From contig DASUGM010000063.1 of the NCBI GenBank assembly GCA_036274055.1, positions 1 to 58,682 on the forward strand: a DNA stretch of 58,682 nt, in the 5' to 3' direction. Below are positions 55,505-58,682 of this stretch, piece after piece; within the stretch, counting starts at the first letter, position 1, and each line of letters begins with the position of its first letter. The translations under genes and the position numbers were made by a program. The notes beneath the pieces are model-generated. The model was not told where the DNA came from, did not search any database, and saw nothing but the letters and a program-made list of their open reading frames with translations. The DNA comes from Vicinamibacterales bacterium. GTDB taxonomy: Bacteria > Acidobacteriota > Vicinamibacteria > Vicinamibacterales > SCN-69-37.

Positions 55505-56941
55505 TCAGAACACGCGGAAGAGCACGATGGCGACGACGGTCGGGCCCAGCGCACCGAGCAGCAGACCGATCGGACTGACCGAGCCGCCAAAGAACCGGCT
55601 GAGCAGCGCCTGCCCCGCCGGATTCGGCGCGTTGGCGATGACCGTCAGTCCACCGCCAGTCACCGCGCCTTCCACAACCGCGACCTTCAGCGGTTCACTC
55701 AGGTTCGGCACCAGCGTCGCCAGGTAAGTGATCAACGCGTTGTCGTTGAAGGCCGTGAGCAGGGTCGCGCCGAAGAACAGCGGCGCCTCCGCGAGCCTGG
55801 CGAGCACCGGTGCAATCCACCAGCCCTGCAGGCCGCCGTGAATGACGAGTCCGGCGAGAAAGAACCCGACCAGGAGCGGGGTCTTCAACTCGACCATGCT
55901 CTGGTACGCCGCGGTCGCCTTGCTGAATCCGAGAAAGATCAGAAAGCCTCCGATGAACAGCGCCGGGTAGTGCGCCGTGAGCACGGTCCAGGCCAGGAAC
56001 CCGACGTGAACGCCGGTGAGCCAGCGCGGCACTGGCAGCAGCCCGAAGGCGTTCGTCCGATCTTCCGATTCTTCGACATCCGCGACCGCCGCCCGCGATC
56101 CCAGCTCCCGGAATTCGCGATTGAAGATCAGAAACATCCCGGCGGTCGAAATCGTGATCGCCAGCGCGGCGCGCCAGCCGAAGTGGCCGAGCATGAAGAG
56201 CAGACCCCAATCCCACGTCCGCGCGACCATCAGCACCGGCGGCGCGGCGAAGTGGGTCAGCGTGCCGCCAATCGAGACGTTGACGAACAGCAGCCCGAGG
56301 GTCGCGTACTTCAGCCGCGTGCTCGGCTCGAGATCGAAGAACTGCCGCGCCAGCAACAGCGCGCAGATCGTCATCGCGGCCGGCTCGGTAATGAACGATC
56401 CGAGCAGCGGGCCGACGATCAGGATCGACATCCACCAGGCGGCCGGCGTGCCCCGGCCCAGCGCCGCGACGCGGCGCAGCGCCGCCTCGGCAAAGGTCAC
56501 GATCGGCCGCGTCGCCGCCAACGCCATGACGACGACGACGAAGAGCGCTTCGGTGTAGTTGACGGTGTCGTTGAAATAGTGCTTCGACGTGTCCCAGCCG
56601 GCGTAGACGACCATCGCGAGCAGCAGCACGATCGCCCACAGGCCGAAGATGACTTCGACCTCGCCGAGAAAATGCATGATCTCGGCGGCGACGCTGGGTT
56701 TGCGCGAGTGTCCCTGGGCCCGGGCCCGCGCGTCGGCCTCGCGCTGCAGCCGGTGGGCACGTTGGGTAAAGCGATTCGCGTTGAACGTGTGCACGATCGC
56801 CGCCACGAAGATCGCCGTCGCCACGGCGTTGAACGGCTCGAGGCGGATCCGGTCGGCCAGGATCTGAAGAATCGACGCGTCAATCTGGTTCGCGTAGCTC
56901 GACAGTTCGCGCGGCAGGGACTGCACGTCCTCCAGTGACAT
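55505..56941 (-). CDS. Polytopic membrane protein, DUF1504-type putative Na+/H+ antiporter (tentative)
   Basis: 478 aa, about 11-12 TMs. The N-terminal soluble segment followed by FVAAIVHTF resembles the DUF1504 family as I recall it. Confidence 0.6.
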   Translation of the reverse strand: MSLEDVQSLPRELSSYANQIDASILQILADRIRLEPFNAVATAIFVAAIVHTFNANRFTQRAHRLQREADARARAQGHSRKPSVAAEIMHFLGEVEVIFGLWAIVLLLAMVVYAGWDTSKHYFNDTVNYTEALFVVVVMALAATRPIVTFAEAALRRVAALGRGTPAAWWMSILIVGPLLGSFITEPAAMTICALLLARQFFDLEPSTRLKYATLGLLFVNVSIGGTLTHFAAPPVLMVARTWDWGLLFMLGHFGWRAALAITISTAGMFLIFNREFRELGSRAAVADVEESEDRTNAFGLLPVPRWLTGVHVGFLAWTVLTAHYPALFIGGFLIFLGFSKATAAYQSMVELKTPLLVGFFLAGLVIHGGLQGWWIAPVLARLAEAPLFFGATLLTAFNDNALITYLATLVPNLSEPLKVAVVEGAVTGGGLTVIANAPNPAGQALLSRFFGGSVSPIGLLLGALGPTVVAIVLFRVF

Positions 56942-56986
56942 GGCGTCACAGTATCCAACCCCGGCCCCGCCAACAAGGCGAATCGA

Positions 56987-57727
56987 TCAGCGGACGAATC
57001 TCACCAGCGCGTCGATGAGCTGGCGCTGCTGCTGCTCTCGTGAGATCGACGCGCTGCAGTCGTTGATCTGGGTTCCGTAGTAGCCGAATTGCGCGTGGTT
57101 GGCGCCGTCGATCTCGACGACCTCTGTCTGTCGCGGCAGGTTGTGCGCGCCGGCGCGTGCCGTGGCGATTGGCGCGACGCAGTCCCGCGTTCCCAGAATC
57201 CGCATGACGGGATAGCGAAGGTGCGAGAGGTCGCGGTCGCGTGGATGCGTGGTGCCAATCAACGCCAGTCCCTCGATCTCGGGTTGGTCGGCGGCAAACG
57301 CCGCGGCGAGTGCGGCGCCGCGCGAGTGCCCGGCGAGCACCAGACGCCGACCGGGCCCCATGCGCGCGTGGGCCTCCATAACGCGCGCCCACAACGTCTC
57401 CCGCATCCCGGCCGTCATGGCGCTGCGGTACGGCAACCGCACCAGGCTGGCGGGAATGCCGTGCGCCGCAAGCGCACGCACCACCGGCGCGTAGGCGTCC
57501 GGAGCGACCAGCCCGCCGGGCAGAAACGCGATCGCGACATCGGCATTCACGGCGACGTGACGCGGCGAGAACATCACGTAGCCGTCTGCGTCGACGACGT
57601 CGACGCTCTCGTCGGCCGTGTAGACCGAAGACGGTACGCCGTGCGCCTGGAAGTTCCACGCCAGCCAGGCCGTCAGCAGCAGACCGGACGCGATCCAGAT
57701 GCGCCGGATCCACCCGCGAATCGTCAT
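56987..57727 (-). CDS. Alpha/beta hydrolase, membrane-anchored
   Basis: N-terminal TM (IRRIWIASGLLLTAWLAW), nucleophile elbow LAGHSRGAAL, late His (GANHAQFG). Alternative ATG at 57742. Confidence 0.75.
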   Translation of the reverse strand: MTIRGWIRRIWIASGLLLTAWLAWNFQAHGVPSSVYTADESVDVVDADGYVMFSPRHVAVNADVAIAFLPGGLVAPDAYAPVVRALAAHGIPASLVRLPYRSAMTAGMRETLWARVMEAHARMGPGRRLVLAGHSRGAALAAAFAADQPEIEGLALIGTTHPRDRDLSHLRYPVMRILGTRDCVAPIATARAGAHNLPRQTEVVEIDGANHAQFGYYGTQINDCSASISREQQQRQLIDALVRFVR

Positions 57728-57731
57728 CGGC

Positions 57732-58196
57732 TTAGCGCCCATGGCCGGCCTCGAGCGCCTGGCGCCGGGCCAGCAGGCCGGCAAGCCGGTCGCTGGCACG
57801 TCGCTGCAACCACCAGGCGATCATCGTCAGCACGCCGCCAAATGCGGCGGCGGCGCCGGCAGCCCGCACTCCGGATGCGAGCAGTACCAGGCAGCCAATC
57901 GTGTAGAGAAGACCAAACACGAGCGCCAGTCGCGTCGCGACCACCTGTTGGCGGGCGTACAGCGCGCGGCGCGTCGACAGCGCCCACACACCGAATCCGA
58001 CCCAGCTCGCGCCGATGGCGACGATCGCACCAAAGGCCGCTTGCGTGCGCAGCGGCAGACCGGGCTCGGTCAGAAGAAGTGACCCGACGGCACCGCTGAC
58101 GCCAAGCGCCAGGAGTATCAGCGCGACCAGGCGGATTTTCCGAGGCGTTGACAACTCGTCCGTCAACCGCGCGGCGACGTCATCGGCGCTGATCAT
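57732..58196 (-). CDS. Four-TM membrane protein, possible cognate anti-sigma factor
   Basis: Overlaps the 3' end of the upstream ECF sigma gene by 17 nt. Short cytoplasmic N-terminus plus four hydrophobic segments. Called from position only. Confidence 0.45.
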   Translation of the reverse strand: MISADDVAARLTDELSTPRKIRLVALILLALGVSGAVGSLLLTEPGLPLRTQAAFGAIVAIGASWVGFGVWALSTRRALYARQQVVATRLALVFGLLYTIGCLVLLASGVRAAGAAAAFGGVLTMIAWWLQRRASDRLAGLLARRQALEAGHGR

Positions 58197-58682
58197 GTTC
58201 CGCTCCCTTCATTCGAGTGCGCAGCAGATTCCTCGCCCGGAACAAGCGCGATTTCACGGTGCCGATGGGAATCGCCAGGACCTCGGCCATCTCGTCAATG
58301 GTGAGTTCTTGTAAATAGAACAACGACAACACATCCCGCTCGATCGGCGGCAGGAGCGCCAGCGCATCGCTCATCGCGTTCAGCTCGGCTTCGACGTCGA
58401 CGTCGGATGCGTCCTGGACCACCGCCATGTCGGCGATCTCGTCCACGAGCACGGATACGGGTGCGTCGTACTTCGCCCGCAGAGAGTCCATCACTGCCCT
58501 TCTCGCGATGCCAAAGAGCCAGGCACGCAGCCGGGTGGGATCGCGAAGCCGGGGGATACCGCGGATGATCCGGAGCCAGCTGTCCTGCACGACGTCGTCC
58601 GCGACCCGATCCGACGCGATCATCCTGCGCACATACGCCGACAGCGGGCCGTGCCAGCGATGCACCAGCAGATCGAAGGCGT
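58180..58682 (-). CDS. ECF-type RNA polymerase sigma factor, 5' end outside window
   Basis: The frame is open to the window end (AFDLLVHRWHGPL...). Region 2 (DDVVQDSWLRIIRGIPRLRDPTRLRAWLFGIARRAVMD) and region 4 (TIDEMAEVLAIPIGTVKSRLFRARNLL). Confidence 0.85.
   Translation of the reverse strand, partial: AFDLLVHRWHGPLSAYVRRMIASDRVADDVVQDSWLRIIRGIPRLRDPTRLRAWLFGIARRAVMDSLRAKYDAPVSVLVDEIADMAVVQDASDVDVEAELNAMSDALALLPPIERDVLSLFYLQELTIDEMAEVLAIPIGTVKSRLFRARNLLRTRMKGAEHDQRR

Overview
High-GC bacterial chromosomal segment (roughly two-thirds G+C by eye), densely coding on both strands. I recognised no transposase, integrase, phage gene, CRISPR array, rRNA or tRNA. The gene content suggests Acidobacteriota, inferred from my memory of these families: three MacB/FtsX-type duplicated 'ADOP' permeases (one translationally coupled to PadR), a TIGR03436-like VWA protein, and three ECF sigma loci. 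Housekeeping genes: rnr, selB, tatA, gatB, pckA, ispH, folK, an aminotransferase, an APC permease and an alpha carbonic anhydrase. Envelope and efflux genes: TonB; a Spy-like/TolC/adaptor/RND cluster that runs directly into a MacA-like adaptor plus split MacB ABC pump; a TesA-like/YbbA-like/YbbP-like set; SPFH-NfeD; an MgtC/DUF4010 protein. The most unusual signal is non-coding. At least seven intergenic sites carry the same architecture: short 7-9 nt tandem units facing their own reverse complement, forming long imperfect hairpins, with a different unit sequence at each site. I cannot assign these to a named repeat family. Other points worth a second look: two tandem paralogous small secreted proteins with (Gly)n-Arg tracts, one bracketed by a perfect 21-nt inverted repeat; a structured leader upstream of an RRM RNA-binding protein gene; a perfect palindrome abutting the padR start; a lower-GC 220-nt inverted-repeat element; a decayed PD40 beta-propeller gene; an in-frame small-protein/TesA-lipoprotein junction; a translationally coupled GT-C-like/helical-repeat/VWA triad. 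Limits: all homology calls come from reading the translations and from memory of motifs. Start codons are best guesses. No search or folding computation was run.
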